The notes under the pieces are model-generated. The model saw nothing but the letters and a program-made list of their open reading frames with translations. It had not been told where the DNA came from and did no database searches. From a virus, in the IMG/VR virus record IMGVR_UViG_3300042197_003319, positions 1 through 64,000 of that record: a DNA stretch of 64,000 nucleotides; one strand, written 5' to 3'. The position numbers and the translations under genes were made by a program. Positions within the stretch are counted from its first letter, which is position 1. Every line of letters begins with the position of its first letter. Below, piece by piece: positions 18,168 to 28,065 of the stretch.

Positions 18168-19394
18168 ATGAAACCAATCATAATTCAAAAGGGCTGGGCG
18201 AAAGTCCGGATCTACGAGTGCCCTCTTCGCCGGGGGGCTGACGAATACATGACGTACATCATTTCCTGGTACATCGGGAAAAAACGGATGCGTCGAGGCA
18301 TGGCCTCACTCGAGTTGGCCAAACGGGAAGCCAAAGCGATCGCCGAGCAACTGGCCGATGGGTCAGCGACGACGACTGAAATCACCCAGAAAGAACTTCA
18401 GTATTACCGGCAGTGCGAAAATCTTCTCAACGGAGTCCCACTCGACAGGGCCGTTAAGGCCTACGTGGAGCTAAACCCAAAAGAAGTGAAGCAGGTTAGG
18501 ATCAAGGAACTGGTCGAAGAGTTTCTTAAGCGCAACGACGCTGACCCCAACCTTTCAAAATCGCAAAAGCTGACTATCCGACACCACTTGACCAGATTTG
18601 CCGAAAGGATGAACCGTCCGATATCTGTGGTCACCCCAAAGGAAATTGACGAATACCTGGACGACCCCCAATACGCCCCAAGGACCCGGCACAATCACCG
18701 TGCGTCCATTATCGTCCTTTTCAATTACGCCAGACGCAAAGGCTATCTTATCGAAGACAAGCGGCATGCGGCCGAGAAATCCGAAGAGATCCGATTTAAG
18801 CGCCCAGACGTTGAGATCTATTCCCCCGAACAGGCCGAGGCCATGCTTCACTTGGCCGACGCCAAGCTCATTCCCTTTTTGGCCATTGGGCTCTTTTCTG
18901 GGGTCAGAAGCGCAGAGCTCTGTCGGCTCAACTGGGAAGACATTGACTGGGTTGGGGGTAACATTCGGTTGGACCGAAACATCACCAAAACCAACCAATC
19001 CCGTCTTGTCCCCCTTCTCCCCAATCTTGCCGAGTGGTTGGCCCCGTACAAAGGCAGGAAGGGGAACATCATGGTTTCGATGGGGACAAAAGAACCGACT
19101 AGGTTTGTCAGCCCGTGGCTGATCAAAACCGACAACCCAAAGCTTCCCCGTAAATGGATCGATAACGGAATGCGTCACAGTTTTGCTTCTTACTATCTTG
19201 CCTATACGCAAGACGCGGCCAGGACAGCCCTGGCCTGCGGACACTCGGTAAGCATGTTGATGGGCACTTATAAAACGGTGTCTCTCAACGGGGTGTCCAT
19301 AACCCAGGAGGTGGCCAAGCGATATTTTGAGATCCGCCCGGTGGCGGCAGAAAATATCGTCCCAATCAGGCATGCCAAATCAAAGAAAGCCTAA
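18168..19394 (+). CDS. int: tyrosine recombinase / integrase
   Basis: GVRSAEL (R), TKT (K), NGMRHSFASY, GHS..Y catalytic pattern. Likely start is MKPIIIQKG. Confidence 0.9.
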   Translation: MKPIIIQKGWAKVRIYECPLRRGADEYMTYIISWYIGKKRMRRGMASLELAKREAKAIAEQLADGSATTTEITQKELQYYRQCENLLNGVPLDRAVKAYVELNPKEVKQVRIKELVEEFLKRNDADPNLSKSQKLTIRHHLTRFAERMNRPISVVTPKEIDEYLDDPQYAPRTRHNHRASIIVLFNYARRKGYLIEDKRHAAEKSEEIRFKRPDVEIYSPEQAEAMLHLADAKLIPFLAIGLFSGVRSAELCRLNWEDIDWVGGNIRLDRNITKTNQSRLVPLLPNLAEWLAPYKGRKGNIMVSMGTKEPTRFVSPWLIKTDNPKLPRKWIDNGMRHSFASYYLAYTQDAARTALACGHSVSMLMGTYKTVSLNGVSITQEVAKRYFEIRPVAAENIVPIRHAKSKKA

Positions 19395-19545
19395 CCAGAC
19401 CACGGCGACCTTCACCATACCCAAGCATCTTTTAACTTGGGTACAGTCAGAGGCTACGAAGCGGGGGCAATCGACCTCTGAGTATATTCGGGGTTTGCTC
19501 CTTAAGCAGTGGGACAAAGCTTCCGAAACTAAAAAAGAAAAATAA
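19372..19545 (+). CDS. ribbon-helix-helix DNA-binding protein
   Basis: TATFTIPKHLLTWVQSEATKRGQSTSEYIRGLL. Confidence 0.75.
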   Translation: MPNQRKPNQTTATFTIPKHLLTWVQSEATKRGQSTSEYIRGLLLKQWDKASETKKEK

Positions 19546-19639
19546 TAGCCTAAAAGGGATAAGGTTTATTGTGGATTAGGTGGCGTATAATTGGCGCATT
19601 TGTAACGTATAAGTAGCGTATTTATAAGTATTTACGTAC

Positions 19640-19668
19640 TTGCCAATAAATGCTTAAGCTACTAAGAT
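19640..19668 (+). promoter_or_regulatory. sigma70-type promoter
   Basis: TTGCCA-N17-TAAGAT, preceded by an AT-rich tract with CGTA repeats. Confidence 0.45.
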
Positions 19669-19856
19669 TCTCCCTTGTGAAAAGGGGATTCCACGACAAT
19701 AAAGCAGAAAAAACCAACCTGCTCCTCCCCAGTAAACTAAAAATCAGGACTCTGGACCAGGCGAGGAAGGAGGGCGTATCAATGTCGCAACTCGTGCGAA
19801 AACTTTTGGAGAGCTATTTGGCGGAAGCGGCGAAAGCCGAAAAAATAAAAATGTAA
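19650..19856 (+). CDS. ribbon-helix-helix DNA-binding protein
   Basis: KTNLLLPSKLK...ARKEGVSMSQLVRKLLESYL. True start may be GTG 19677. Confidence 0.7.
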   Translation: MLKLLRFSLVKRGFHDNKAEKTNLLLPSKLKIRTLDQARKEGVSMSQLVRKLLESYLAEAAKAEKIKM

Positions 19857-19916
19857 AAAAAAAGAAGAAATTACTTGCCATGTATGCGCTGACGCTTACA
19901 CCTAGTCGCCTCTCGC

Positions 19917-20225
19917 ATGAGACTTACCCTCGAAACTAAGTCGGTTAGGATTTTTACCCAACCCAGCGGCCATTTGGCCGTGGAGCTGGAGCCCATCGGA
20001 GAAGACGGTTGGCCGAAGGATCTTCCGAGTGAAAACATCTACACAATCCCCGAGCTAACCAAACGGCTCGGAGTTTCTCGTCGCACAATCTACAGCTATT
20101 TTCGTCGGCACCATAATCCCCTCCCCCACTCGAAAGCGGGAGGCCGTCCGCGTGTGACCGAATCGGATTTAATGTCCTGGCTCTCCAGGGAAAAGACCAA
20201 AGCCAAGATCGTGAGCATCGTATGA
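19917..20225 (+). CDS. excisionase-like helix-turn-helix protein
   Basis: YTIPELTKRLGVSRRTIYSY....LPHSKAGG..RV..SDL..WL. Confidence 0.75.
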   Translation: MRLTLETKSVRIFTQPSGHLAVELEPIGEDGWPKDLPSENIYTIPELTKRLGVSRRTIYSYFRRHHNPLPHSKAGGRPRVTESDLMSWLSREKTKAKIVSIV

Positions 20226-20270
20226 TTTCAACCCAAATAAAAAAGAGGGCTGTCGCAAAGAAAGGAATGA

Positions 20271-20729
20271 ATGACACCCACCAAGGAACTGATTGCAATC
20301 GATCCGGGAAAGTCCGGAGGGATTGCATGGAAGATGGCCTACGGCGCGCGAGCCGTGGCGATGCCGGCCACGGAGCCGGACATCGCACAGAAATTAAAGG
20401 AGATCTATTATCACCTGGACAAACCTACTGTCCTAATCGAGGAGGTGGGCGGCTACATCGGGAGGCCGCAGCCGGGTTCAGCCATGTTTACTTTTGGTCG
20501 CAATTTCGGGTTCTTGTTAGGCGTTCTGACCTGCCTCTCGGCCAGGATCGTTCTGGTCCGACCTCAAAGATGGCAAAGCTTCTTAGGGCTTGGAACGAGC
20601 GACGGAAACCGAACCAAGTGGAAAAACAAGTTAAAGTCAAAGGCTCAGAACCTTTTTCCAGATCTTGACGTAACCTTGGCAATATCAGACGCTTTATTAC
20701 TTTTGGAATACGGGAGAAAGACAGAATAG
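20271..20729 (+). CDS. RuvC-like Holliday junction resolvase
   Basis: IAIDPGKSGGIA; IEEV; SAMFTFGRNFG; PQRWQ; SDALLL. Confidence 0.85.
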   Translation: MTPTKELIAIDPGKSGGIAWKMAYGARAVAMPATEPDIAQKLKEIYYHLDKPTVLIEEVGGYIGRPQPGSAMFTFGRNFGFLLGVLTCLSARIVLVRPQRWQSFLGLGTSDGNRTKWKNKLKSKAQNLFPDLDVTLAISDALLLLEYGRKTE

Positions 20730-21998
20730 ATGGAACTGTATGACTGGCAGAAGGATTCGGCTGAGGCTCTTTTGGCGAGCCTGCGGGAGCACCATGTCGC
20801 AGCGGATTGGAGCGACACCGGCACCGGGAAGACGGCTAAGGCTGTCTGGGTTGCCAAGCAGTTGGGTAAGCCAGTCGCTATCATCTGCCCAAAAGCCGTA
20901 ATCCCAGCCTGGAAAAACTGGTGCAAGGAAGCCGGAATTGAGCCGACCTTTATCCTCAACTACGAAAAGCTTCGGGCCGGCTCCACGCCATACGGAGACT
21001 TTGTTGGTGGGGCCTGGGTATGGTCACAGCCGATTGTATACGATCAACTCTTTATCTGGGACGAGGTCCACAAATGCAAAGGACCTAATTCTCTCAACGG
21101 GAAGATGTTAATCGCCTCCCGCCCTTACTACACGCTTATGTTGTCGGCTACCTTCGCCTCAAACCCCCTCGACATGAAGGCCACCGGGTATGTCCTGGGC
21201 TTGCACAAATACGCGGATTTCTGGCCATGGTGCATCAAGAACGGGGTTAAGAAAGCCCCGTGGGGGGCCATGTCGTACTTTGGGGGGAAAAAGAGCCTGG
21301 CCGTGATCCACCAGGCCATGGCCCCTAAATCGAGCCGGGTCAAGATTCGTGAGCTGGGAGACAAATTCCCCGACAATGAGGTATTCGCGGAAGCCTACGA
21401 TTGTGGGGATGTTCAAGGCCTATACGACGATCTGGAGCGCAGATTGGCCGAGTTGGAAGTTAGCAAGGCGGCTGACAAGCCCCACCCGATGACGGAAATC
21501 CTGCGGGCGAGGCAGGAATCAGAATTGTTGAGGGTCCCGATCTTGGCGGACTTGACGGATTCATTGCTCGACGAGGGGAGGTCGGTGGTTATTTTTTGCA
21601 ATTTTCGTAATTCTCTTGACGCTCTTTTGTCAGTGTTTAGTAAATCCAGCTCAATGATCTGGGGAGGGCAATCTACCGAGGAGCGCCAGGAGATGATTTC
21701 CGATTTCCAGAGCGACAAGACCAACGTGATGTTGTGCCAGGTCCAGAGCGGTGGCGTAGGTGTGTCCCTGCACGATGAGAACGGTGTTCGCCCTCGTAGT
21801 TCCCTCATCTGCCCGACCTATTCCGCCATCGACCTTAAGCAGGCTCTGGGCCGCATCCACCGGGCCGGGGCCAAGTCCAAGGCTGTGCAAAAAATAATTT
21901 TCGCCGCCGGCTCCATTGAGGAGCAGGTGATGAAGAAAGTCAGAGCGAAACTGAAGAACATCGAAACCCTTAACGACGGAGACATCGAAACGATATGA
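20730..21998 (+). CDS. SF2 (SNF2-like) helicase
   Basis: DTGTGKT, DEVH, SAT, GGVGVSL, QALGRIHR. Confidence 0.9.
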   Translation: MELYDWQKDSAEALLASLREHHVAADWSDTGTGKTAKAVWVAKQLGKPVAIICPKAVIPAWKNWCKEAGIEPTFILNYEKLRAGSTPYGDFVGGAWVWSQPIVYDQLFIWDEVHKCKGPNSLNGKMLIASRPYYTLMLSATFASNPLDMKATGYVLGLHKYADFWPWCIKNGVKKAPWGAMSYFGGKKSLAVIHQAMAPKSSRVKIRELGDKFPDNEVFAEAYDCGDVQGLYDDLERRLAELEVSKAADKPHPMTEILRARQESELLRVPILADLTDSLLDEGRSVVIFCNFRNSLDALLSVFSKSSSMIWGGQSTEERQEMISDFQSDKTNVMLCQVQSGGVGVSLHDENGVRPRSSLICPTYSAIDLKQALGRIHRAGAKSKAVQKIIFAAGSIEEQVMKKVRAKLKNIETLNDGDIETI

Positions 21999-22171
21999 AA
22001 ACCAAAACTGAAAAGTTAACGGAGCAACTCCAGTTCCTGGCCAACAGATTCTACGTTCTGGGAGTCCAGTACTTCGAGGGCATCAAGGGGCGGGATATCC
22101 CGAAGTGGGAGGATGAACTCCAGGGAGCTGTCGACGAATACGAGGATATCCGCGACGAGTGGGTTAGCTGA
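21995..22171 (+). CDS. small hypothetical protein (58 aa, not in the ORF track)
   Basis: MKTKTEKLTEQLQFLANRFY...; ATGA and TGATG overlaps with both neighbours. Confidence 0.6.
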   Translation: MKTKTEKLTEQLQFLANRFYVLGVQYFEGIKGRDIPKWEDELQGAVDEYEDIRDEWVS

Positions 22172-23277
22172 TGGGCGCACACCACGAGTTCTCCCCTTCC
22201 CAGTTGATGTACCGGGAGGCGTGTCCCGGTTGGAAGACCGAGGAGGGCGAGCAGTCTGTCCAGGCGGCGGAGGGCACGATGATGCACCAGGCCCTGGAGA
22301 CCGGGGATCTTAAGGGGCTCAATGAGGAGCAGTCCCGTTGCGTCAACATGGTTAGTGAGCTGTTTGCGGGAATGCGGGAAGAGCTTGAGACCGAAGGCCC
22401 CAAGGCTGAGGTCCACCAAGAGCTGAGACTTGGAATCATGGGGCTGACCTTTGGGACCGCCGACCTTGTCCTGGTTAACGGAACCAACGCCAAAATCGGG
22501 GACGCCAAGTTCGGGTGGAACGCCGTTGAAGATGCAGAAACCAATCTCCAGGGCTGGGCTTATGCCATCGGTGTGTACGAAAAATGGCCTTCGGTGGAGT
22601 GCGTCGAGGTTGTCTTCGCCCAGCCGAGGCTGGACACCGTAAGCAGGGCGCAGTTTTACCGGAAGACCGACCTGGAGCGCATGAGGCTTCGGGTAATGAC
22701 GGTCATCGCTAGGGCCAAGGACCACAAACCGGAAGACTTGAGGCCCAGCGAGTTCACCTGCCTTTACTGCGGGGCCAAGGCCACCTGCACGGCGCTCCAC
22801 AAGAAAGCCCTGGTCATTTCCAGCAAATTTGTCGAGCTGACTCCAGACCAGCAGCTTCTGGACATTTACAACCCGGAGCAACTGGCCACGCCAGAGTTGC
22901 GGGGGAAGGCGGAAATTCTGCGGAGAATCTTGGAGCCTTGGTGCGACAAGGTACGCAAAGAGAACTTACGGCATGTCCTTGAGACCGGAGAGGAAATTCC
23001 TGGTTTCGAGGTCAAATCGCGTGCGGGACGCCGATCTGTCACAGACCCGCAAATCACATGGGAACTGGTCAAGGACCGGCTGACTCCTGAGGAGTTTGCC
23101 GGAGTGACCGAGGTCTCAGTGGCGCAACTGCTCAAAGCCTATTCCGACAAGGCTCCGCGAGGGGCCAAGGAAAAGCTCAAGCAAGAAATCGAGGATCGGC
23201 TCACCGATGCGGGAATTCTGCAAGGGGGAGACGAAATTCGGTACCTACAACGAACAAAGGAAAAACAAAACAAATGA
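22171..23277 (+). CDS. Cas4-like / DUF2800 PD-(D/E)XK exonuclease
   Basis: H..FSPS....CPG, EGT..H, FGTAD...DAKFG, QxxxY, CLYC..K..C. Confidence 0.8.
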   Translation: MGAHHEFSPSQLMYREACPGWKTEEGEQSVQAAEGTMMHQALETGDLKGLNEEQSRCVNMVSELFAGMREELETEGPKAEVHQELRLGIMGLTFGTADLVLVNGTNAKIGDAKFGWNAVEDAETNLQGWAYAIGVYEKWPSVECVEVVFAQPRLDTVSRAQFYRKTDLERMRLRVMTVIARAKDHKPEDLRPSEFTCLYCGAKATCTALHKKALVISSKFVELTPDQQLLDIYNPEQLATPELRGKAEILRRILEPWCDKVRKENLRHVLETGEEIPGFEVKSRAGRRSVTDPQITWELVKDRLTPEEFAGVTEVSVAQLLKAYSDKAPRGAKEKLKQEIEDRLTDAGILQGGDEIRYLQRTKEKQNK

Positions 23278-24029
23278 AAACATCATTCGCCAAACCGGCG
23301 ACCAAACCCCAGCCCCGTGCCGTTGCGCCCGTAGAAGAGCCATCGGAATCCGCGGAGCTGGCCACCACCGAAACCGCCTCGACCAGCCTGGCCATCCAGG
23401 GATCGGTCGACGGCCAGATCCAGGGCGAGTTCAGCCGTCGGGACCTCACGATCCCGAAGATGAACCTCGTCAACAAGACCGGGGAACTCTCCAACCAGTT
23501 CTCTCCTGGCTCCTTCGTCTACAACCGGGAGGTTCTCCTGGGTGACGGCAAGAAGCCGGCGACCATCACGGTAACCCGGATCGCCAAGTTCTATCTCCAG
23601 GATGTCCCCTACGGCTCCGGCGAGATGCCCAAGAACTTCACCTCCATCCGTGACGTGCGGGCGGCGGGTGGAGCTCTTGCCGGCGATCAGGACGTGGAAG
23701 AGGGTACGGACACCTACTCCGAGGCCATGACCTGCATTGTGCTGGTCAAGTCTCCGGCCAAGGCCCACCCGCTCTTCCCGTTTGAGTTCGGGGGAGATCA
23801 CTACGCCATGGCTCAGTGGCTTCTCACGAAGTCAGCCTACAAGGCCACGGGTCGCAAGCTCTTCACGGACTCGCAACTCGCCCTCCGTGACGGGATCGAC
23901 ACGGCAGCCTACGAGCTGACCTCCAGTCTCCGCACCAACAGCGCGGCCAGCTGGTACGTACCCACGGTCAAGTTGGCCACACGCCACACGCCCGAGTTCA
24001 TCGAATTCGTGCGCGGCCTGGTCAAATAA
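23274..24029 (+). CDS. putative ssDNA-binding / annealing protein
   Basis: Lies between the exonuclease and polymerase; highly biased codons; aromatic beta-rich C-terminus (WYVP). Confidence 0.5.
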   Translation: MKTSFAKPATKPQPRAVAPVEEPSESAELATTETASTSLAIQGSVDGQIQGEFSRRDLTIPKMNLVNKTGELSNQFSPGSFVYNREVLLGDGKKPATITVTRIAKFYLQDVPYGSGEMPKNFTSIRDVRAAGGALAGDQDVEEGTDTYSEAMTCIVLVKSPAKAHPLFPFEFGGDHYAMAQWLLTKSAYKATGRKLFTDSQLALRDGIDTAAYELTSSLRTNSAASWYVPTVKLATRHTPEFIEFVRGLVK

Positions 24030-24030
24030 C

Positions 24031-24411
24031 ATGACGGAAGTTCCCACCCATGGTGTGCAGGGAGAACCTGCAACGGCCACCCAACCTGACAGTGCCTCCT
24101 CGGCTTTTGAAACAGGTGCGGAACTTTACTGCCCGTCCGTGACGGAAGTCGCGGACATGGCCTGGGACGTGATCCACCGGATCATGTCCAGGGGCAGCGA
24201 TAAAAGCGTGTTTGGCCAATGGTTTCACACCGACAGCCGCAGATACAACGCCGACCGATGCATCAACCACATCTGCCAGGCGATGATGCAGCTGGACGGA
24301 AACCGTCCGGCCAAGGACGCAAACGGAGAGGACGCAGTGGATCATCTGGAACGCGGGATGGTGAGAGCCGCGTTCTTGCTCTTCAAAACCAAGAAAGGAA
24401 AAGTTGAATGA
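24031..24411 (+). CDS. dATP/dGTP diphosphohydrolase-like (DUF5664-like) protein
   Basis: IMSRGSDK...W....RYNADRCINH...D.NGE...DHL....RAAFLL resembles the family pattern. Confidence 0.45.
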   Translation: MTEVPTHGVQGEPATATQPDSASSAFETGAELYCPSVTEVADMAWDVIHRIMSRGSDKSVFGQWFHTDSRRYNADRCINHICQAMMQLDGNRPAKDANGEDAVDHLERGMVRAAFLLFKTKKGKVE

Positions 24412-24716
24412 AGAACAAAAAACAAAATAACAAGAAACAGAAAGTCGGGGTCAAGGTGGACATGGACAAGGATCTGGCCAAGTACGCCCAGCGGGTAAAC
24501 CAAGACGAGCTGGGGATCATCCAGTGCTTGGGTAGCAAGGATATCGAGATGTGCGAAGTCAGCTTCCAGACGGACGACAAGACTTTCGCCAAGGTCGCGG
24601 ATATCGGAAGGGATCTGATCCAGTCCGATAAACACAAGCTTTTTGGGTACGCCATCGTCCGGGCCATCGAGGACGTGATCGCCGAGGAGAAGGGGAAAAA
24701 ATGTTCGAGGGCTTGA
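24408..24716 (+). CDS. hypothetical protein
   Basis: AAAGGA RBS; ATGA overlap. Confidence 0.6.
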   Translation: MKNKKQNNKKQKVGVKVDMDKDLAKYAQRVNQDELGIIQCLGSKDIEMCEVSFQTDDKTFAKVADIGRDLIQSDKHKLFGYAIVRAIEDVIAEEKGKKCSRA

Positions 24717-24874
24717 GAATGAGGCTTTTCGTATGGCTAGCAACCAGATGGTTCCCTCACCTCACGTTCTCCACGGACCCGACGACTGGATCCGTCGTTA
24801 CTATGATTTTTTCCTGCAAAGAGGAAACAGTCGACCGGGTCATGTCGTGGATGGTCAAGGAGGAGCTTCTGTGA
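24701..24874 (+). CDS. small hypothetical protein (57 aa, not in the ORF track)
   Basis: MFEGLRMRLFVWLATRWFP...; AAGGGG upstream; GTGA overlap downstream. Confidence 0.5.
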   Translation: MFEGLRMRLFVWLATRWFPHLTFSTDPTTGSVVTMIFSCKEETVDRVMSWMVKEELL

Positions 24875-25128
24875 GCGAGCGTGAACTTAACCGGCTACGA
24901 GACTTTTACCACGGTCTGACCGACGAGCTGGGGCGGGTGCGCCAACACGCCGAGGAGGCAAATAAGGTCTCCGAGGGCCTGATGCACCTCTGCCAGGATC
25001 ACCTGACCATCCTGGCGGATTTGGAGCAGCAGAACGCCGACCTTAGGCGGGAGAACCGAAACATCAGGGAAAAACTCAATCAACAACTTAAGGAGGACGA
25101 CAGATGCAAAACATTATTGTCGGCCTGA
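24871..25128 (+). CDS. coiled-coil hypothetical protein
   Basis: GGAGGAG RBS before GTG 24871. Confidence 0.55.
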   Translation: MSERELNRLRDFYHGLTDELGRVRQHAEEANKVSEGLMHLCQDHLTILADLEQQNADLRRENRNIREKLNQQLKEDDRCKTLLSA

Positions 25129-25331
25129 TCCTGGGATGGATCGGCCATTACACCTGGGTGTGGCTAAGGCACCGCTCGGTGTTCCACACCACCGCCTACA
25201 CGACCAGTTCCGGGAAGACATCGTACGTCTCGTACACATGGCCGAAAAAATTGAAGCTCCCGGGCAATATGTGGCCTTTCCGGAAGGCCGAGGATGTCTT
25301 CGTGGGCAAGAAGCGCGGGAGGAAAAAATGA
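25104..25331 (+). CDS. small membrane-anchored hypothetical protein
   Basis: N-terminal hydrophobic helix; GGAGG RBS. Confidence 0.5.
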   Translation: MQNIIVGLILGWIGHYTWVWLRHRSVFHTTAYTTSSGKTSYVSYTWPKKLKLPGNMWPFRKAEDVFVGKKRGRKK

Positions 25332-25443
25332 TCGAAGCCATTAAATACGTGTTTTTTGCGGCAGGAATCGTGGCCACGACGATGCTGATCGTGTCTGTCG
25401 CCTGCTTCGGGGCCTGGCTCTTTGACAAGTGGAGGAAAGAGCG

Positions 25444-25647
25444 ATGACCGGCCAACCCATCCCCACCACCGAGGATATCCGTTTGGCCCGAGTGGAGAAG
25501 TCCATCGAGACCCTGGAAGCGGAGAACTTCGGACTGAAACAAAGGATCAAGGAATTGGAAGACCAGATCCGCTACGACTTCACTCCCCTCACGGAGCCCA
25601 TCGAGGTCATCGGGTCCTGGCACAAAACGAAAGGAAACAGCCTATGA
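25444..25647 (+). CDS. hypothetical coiled-coil protein
   Basis: MTGQPIPTTEDIRLARVEK; overlap packing with neighbours. Confidence 0.5.
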   Translation: MTGQPIPTTEDIRLARVEKSIETLEAENFGLKQRIKELEDQIRYDFTPLTEPIEVIGSWHKTKGNSL

Positions 25648-25850
25648 GCGTTGATGTGAGAATCCGTGCCGTCGAGGACACGGAAAACGACAAACTTCGG
25701 TTTGAGATTCATTTGGACCGGTACGGGGCCACGGATCTGGAATTGGCGGCGGCACAGAGGATTTATCCCAAGGTCGCCAACCTGCTCGAGATCGTCACCC
25801 ACGAGGTCGAGAATCCACCGGAGGAACCCTCAAGAATCATCGTTCCCTGA
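25644..25850 (+). CDS. hypothetical protein
   Basis: MSVDVRIRAVED...; AAAGGA RBS; TGATG overlap with the polymerase gene. Confidence 0.55.
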   Translation: MSVDVRIRAVEDTENDKLRFEIHLDRYGATDLELAAAQRIYPKVANLLEIVTHEVENPPEEPSRIIVP

Positions 25851-27607
25851 TGTACGCCGTCGACTTTGAGACGACGTACTCCAGTGACGTCAACATAGAT
25901 GCGCTTGGGCAGTGGCACTATCTGCGCCACCCGTCCACCGACATCTATCTGGTGTCCATCGTCGGACCGGACGTGGAGTATGTGGGACGACCTGAACAGG
26001 CCCCATGGGACAGGATCAACGGGAAGCACTGGGTCGCGCACAACTACTCCTTCGACGGGGCGGTGATGCAGGTGCTGCGGGAGCGGGAGGTTACCAAGGC
26101 CCTTCCTAGCACCTTCACCTGCACGGCCAACCTGTCGGTCTTTATGGGGGCTCCCCGTAATTTGGGGGGTGCGTCCAAGGAGCTTTTGGGGGTGAAGGTG
26201 GACAAGGACCCCAGGGCTTTTATGAAAGGCAAGACCTGGAACGACGTTGTCGCTCTGGGCAAGGCCAAGGAGATCGAGGACTACGCCCTCAATGACTCCA
26301 AGCACTGCCTGGATCTGGCGAAAACTTTTTCGGCCAGGATGCCGGAGATAGAGCAGAGGCTATCGCGGCACACCATTGAGATGGGCTGGCGCGGGTTTTG
26401 CGTGGATTCGGACCTGGTCGACAAGGGCCTCAACGTCCTGGACTGGACAAGAATCAAGGCCAACGAAAAGCTCCCCTGGGCCAACGACGACCACACCGGA
26501 GAGGTCTTAAAGGTCAGTGAGCTGGCCAGAGCCTGCCGGGAGGCCGGCATCCCGGTGCCTCCCTCGACGTCGGAGGACGACCCGGCCTGCATTCGCTGGG
26601 AGGAGGAATTCGGGGAGAAATTCCCATGGGTCGGGGCGATGCGGGATTGGCGCAAGGCCAACATGCTGTTTACCAAGATGGAGATTCTCTGGAAACGCCG
26701 GCGTCCGGACGGGACGGTCCCATTCGGTTTAAAATATTTCGGGGCCCAGACAGGCCGGTGGTCGGGGGAATCCAAGTTCAATTTTCAAAATCTCCCCAAG
26801 GGAGAAATACATGGAGTCGACCTCAGGGCCTGCATTGTACCCAGAGCGGGGAAGAAATTCATCATCTCCGATTTGGCACAGATTGAGCCACGGGTTCTAG
26901 CGTGGCTCTGCGGGGACGAAACTCTCCTTAACGCGATACGTCATGGCTACGGAATCTACGAGGCATTTGCGGTAGCCTCCGGGATCTGGAACGGAAACAA
27001 GGGCACGCTCAAGAAGGGCGATCCGGCCAAGTACGCCTTGGCCAAAGCCCAGGTCCTGGGGCTGGGCTACGGCTGCGGGTATAAGAAGTTCGTTCTGGTG
27101 GCCAGGATGATGGCTGGTCTTGACTTAAATGAGGTAAGATCAAAGGAGATCGTCGACAACTACCGGCGCAAGAACCAAAAGGTCGTCAGTCTTTGGAACA
27201 AGCTCGAGCGGACCTTCCGGGAATCCCAGAACGAGGACTGCCACATCGAGCTGCCGTCGGGTCGGGCGCAAAAGTATTTCGGGATTTCCAGCCAGATGGG
27301 GCCCCACGGGCGTCCCGACTGGAGGGCGAGCGTCAACATGGGCGGACCCAAGTTCCCCTTCTGGGGCGGGAAGCTGTGCGAGAACCTGGTCCAGGCCACC
27401 GCCCGGGACGTGTTTGGCGAGTGCCTGCTGCGCCTGGAAGACGCCGGCCTCCAGGTCCTGGCCCACGTCCATGACGAGGTGATTTTGGAAGTCGACCCGG
27501 ACGTGACCTGCGAGGACGTCAACCGCCTGATGGCCGTGACCCCCGACTGGCTGGAGGGCTGCCCCATCGAGGCCGAGTCCCACGAGGCGGAGTGTTACAA
27601 GAAATGA
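25850..27607 (+). CDS. polA: family A DNA polymerase with 3'-5' exonuclease
   Basis: VDFET, AHN..FD, TGRWS, DLAQIEPR (motif A), KAQVLGLGYG (motif B), HVHDE (motif C). Confidence 0.95.
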   Translation: MYAVDFETTYSSDVNIDALGQWHYLRHPSTDIYLVSIVGPDVEYVGRPEQAPWDRINGKHWVAHNYSFDGAVMQVLREREVTKALPSTFTCTANLSVFMGAPRNLGGASKELLGVKVDKDPRAFMKGKTWNDVVALGKAKEIEDYALNDSKHCLDLAKTFSARMPEIEQRLSRHTIEMGWRGFCVDSDLVDKGLNVLDWTRIKANEKLPWANDDHTGEVLKVSELARACREAGIPVPPSTSEDDPACIRWEEEFGEKFPWVGAMRDWRKANMLFTKMEILWKRRRPDGTVPFGLKYFGAQTGRWSGESKFNFQNLPKGEIHGVDLRACIVPRAGKKFIISDLAQIEPRVLAWLCGDETLLNAIRHGYGIYEAFAVASGIWNGNKGTLKKGDPAKYALAKAQVLGLGYGCGYKKFVLVARMMAGLDLNEVRSKEIVDNYRRKNQKVVSLWNKLERTFRESQNEDCHIELPSGRAQKYFGISSQMGPHGRPDWRASVNMGGPKFPFWGGKLCENLVQATARDVFGECLLRLEDAGLQVLAHVHDEVILEVDPDVTCEDVNRLMAVTPDWLEGCPIEAESHEAECYKK

Positions 27608-27798
27608 AATACAAGCCCCACTTCAACCCGACTTTTGGAAGATGGAAAACCGCACCCTACGGAAGGAACCAGAATGAAAAAACCCAAATGGAGAAAATGT
27701 CTGAGATGTGGAAAGCGTTTCACCGAAGAGTCTCTGCTCTGCTCGGTCTGCGACGCCAAGCCCACAAAACCAAAAAGGCTAAGGGCCAAAAGAGGTAG
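27604..27798 (+). CDS. small basic hypothetical protein
   Basis: ATGA overlap with the polymerase stop. Confidence 0.4.
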   Translation: MKYKPHFNPTFGRWKTAPYGRNQNEKTQMEKMSEMWKAFHRRVSALLGLRRQAHKTKKAKGQKR

Positions 27799-27801
27799 AA
27801 A

Positions 27802-28065
27802 ATGAAATTCACATTCATCGGAGATTCCGTCGAACCACCCTGTGAGACCTACCATACTCGAGGTTTGTGTGCGATCCCCACCAAAACCACCCTTGAGTTC
27901 GAGGCCGAGACCCTTGACACCGTCTTGTCGCAATTCAAGCAGTTCCTCCAGGGGTGTGGCTACGTAGTCGATGGTGAGCTCGAAATCTATAGGGACGAAA
28001 CCAGCCCAGGAACCGAGATCACCGACAGGCTCCGCAAAGAAATGCATGGGGGGAAAGAAAAGTGA
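27802..28065 (+). CDS. hypothetical phage protein
   Basis: GAGG RBS; F..FLQGCGY motif. Confidence 0.6.
   Translation: MKFTFIGDSVEPPCETYHTRGLCAIPTKTTLEFEAETLDTVLSQFKQFLQGCGYVVDGELEIYRDETSPGTEITDRLRKEMHGGKEK

Noticed and set aside
22171-23277. Cas4-like gene as evidence of CRISPR-Cas
   Set aside because: No array or other cas genes; this is the usual phage replication-module exonuclease.
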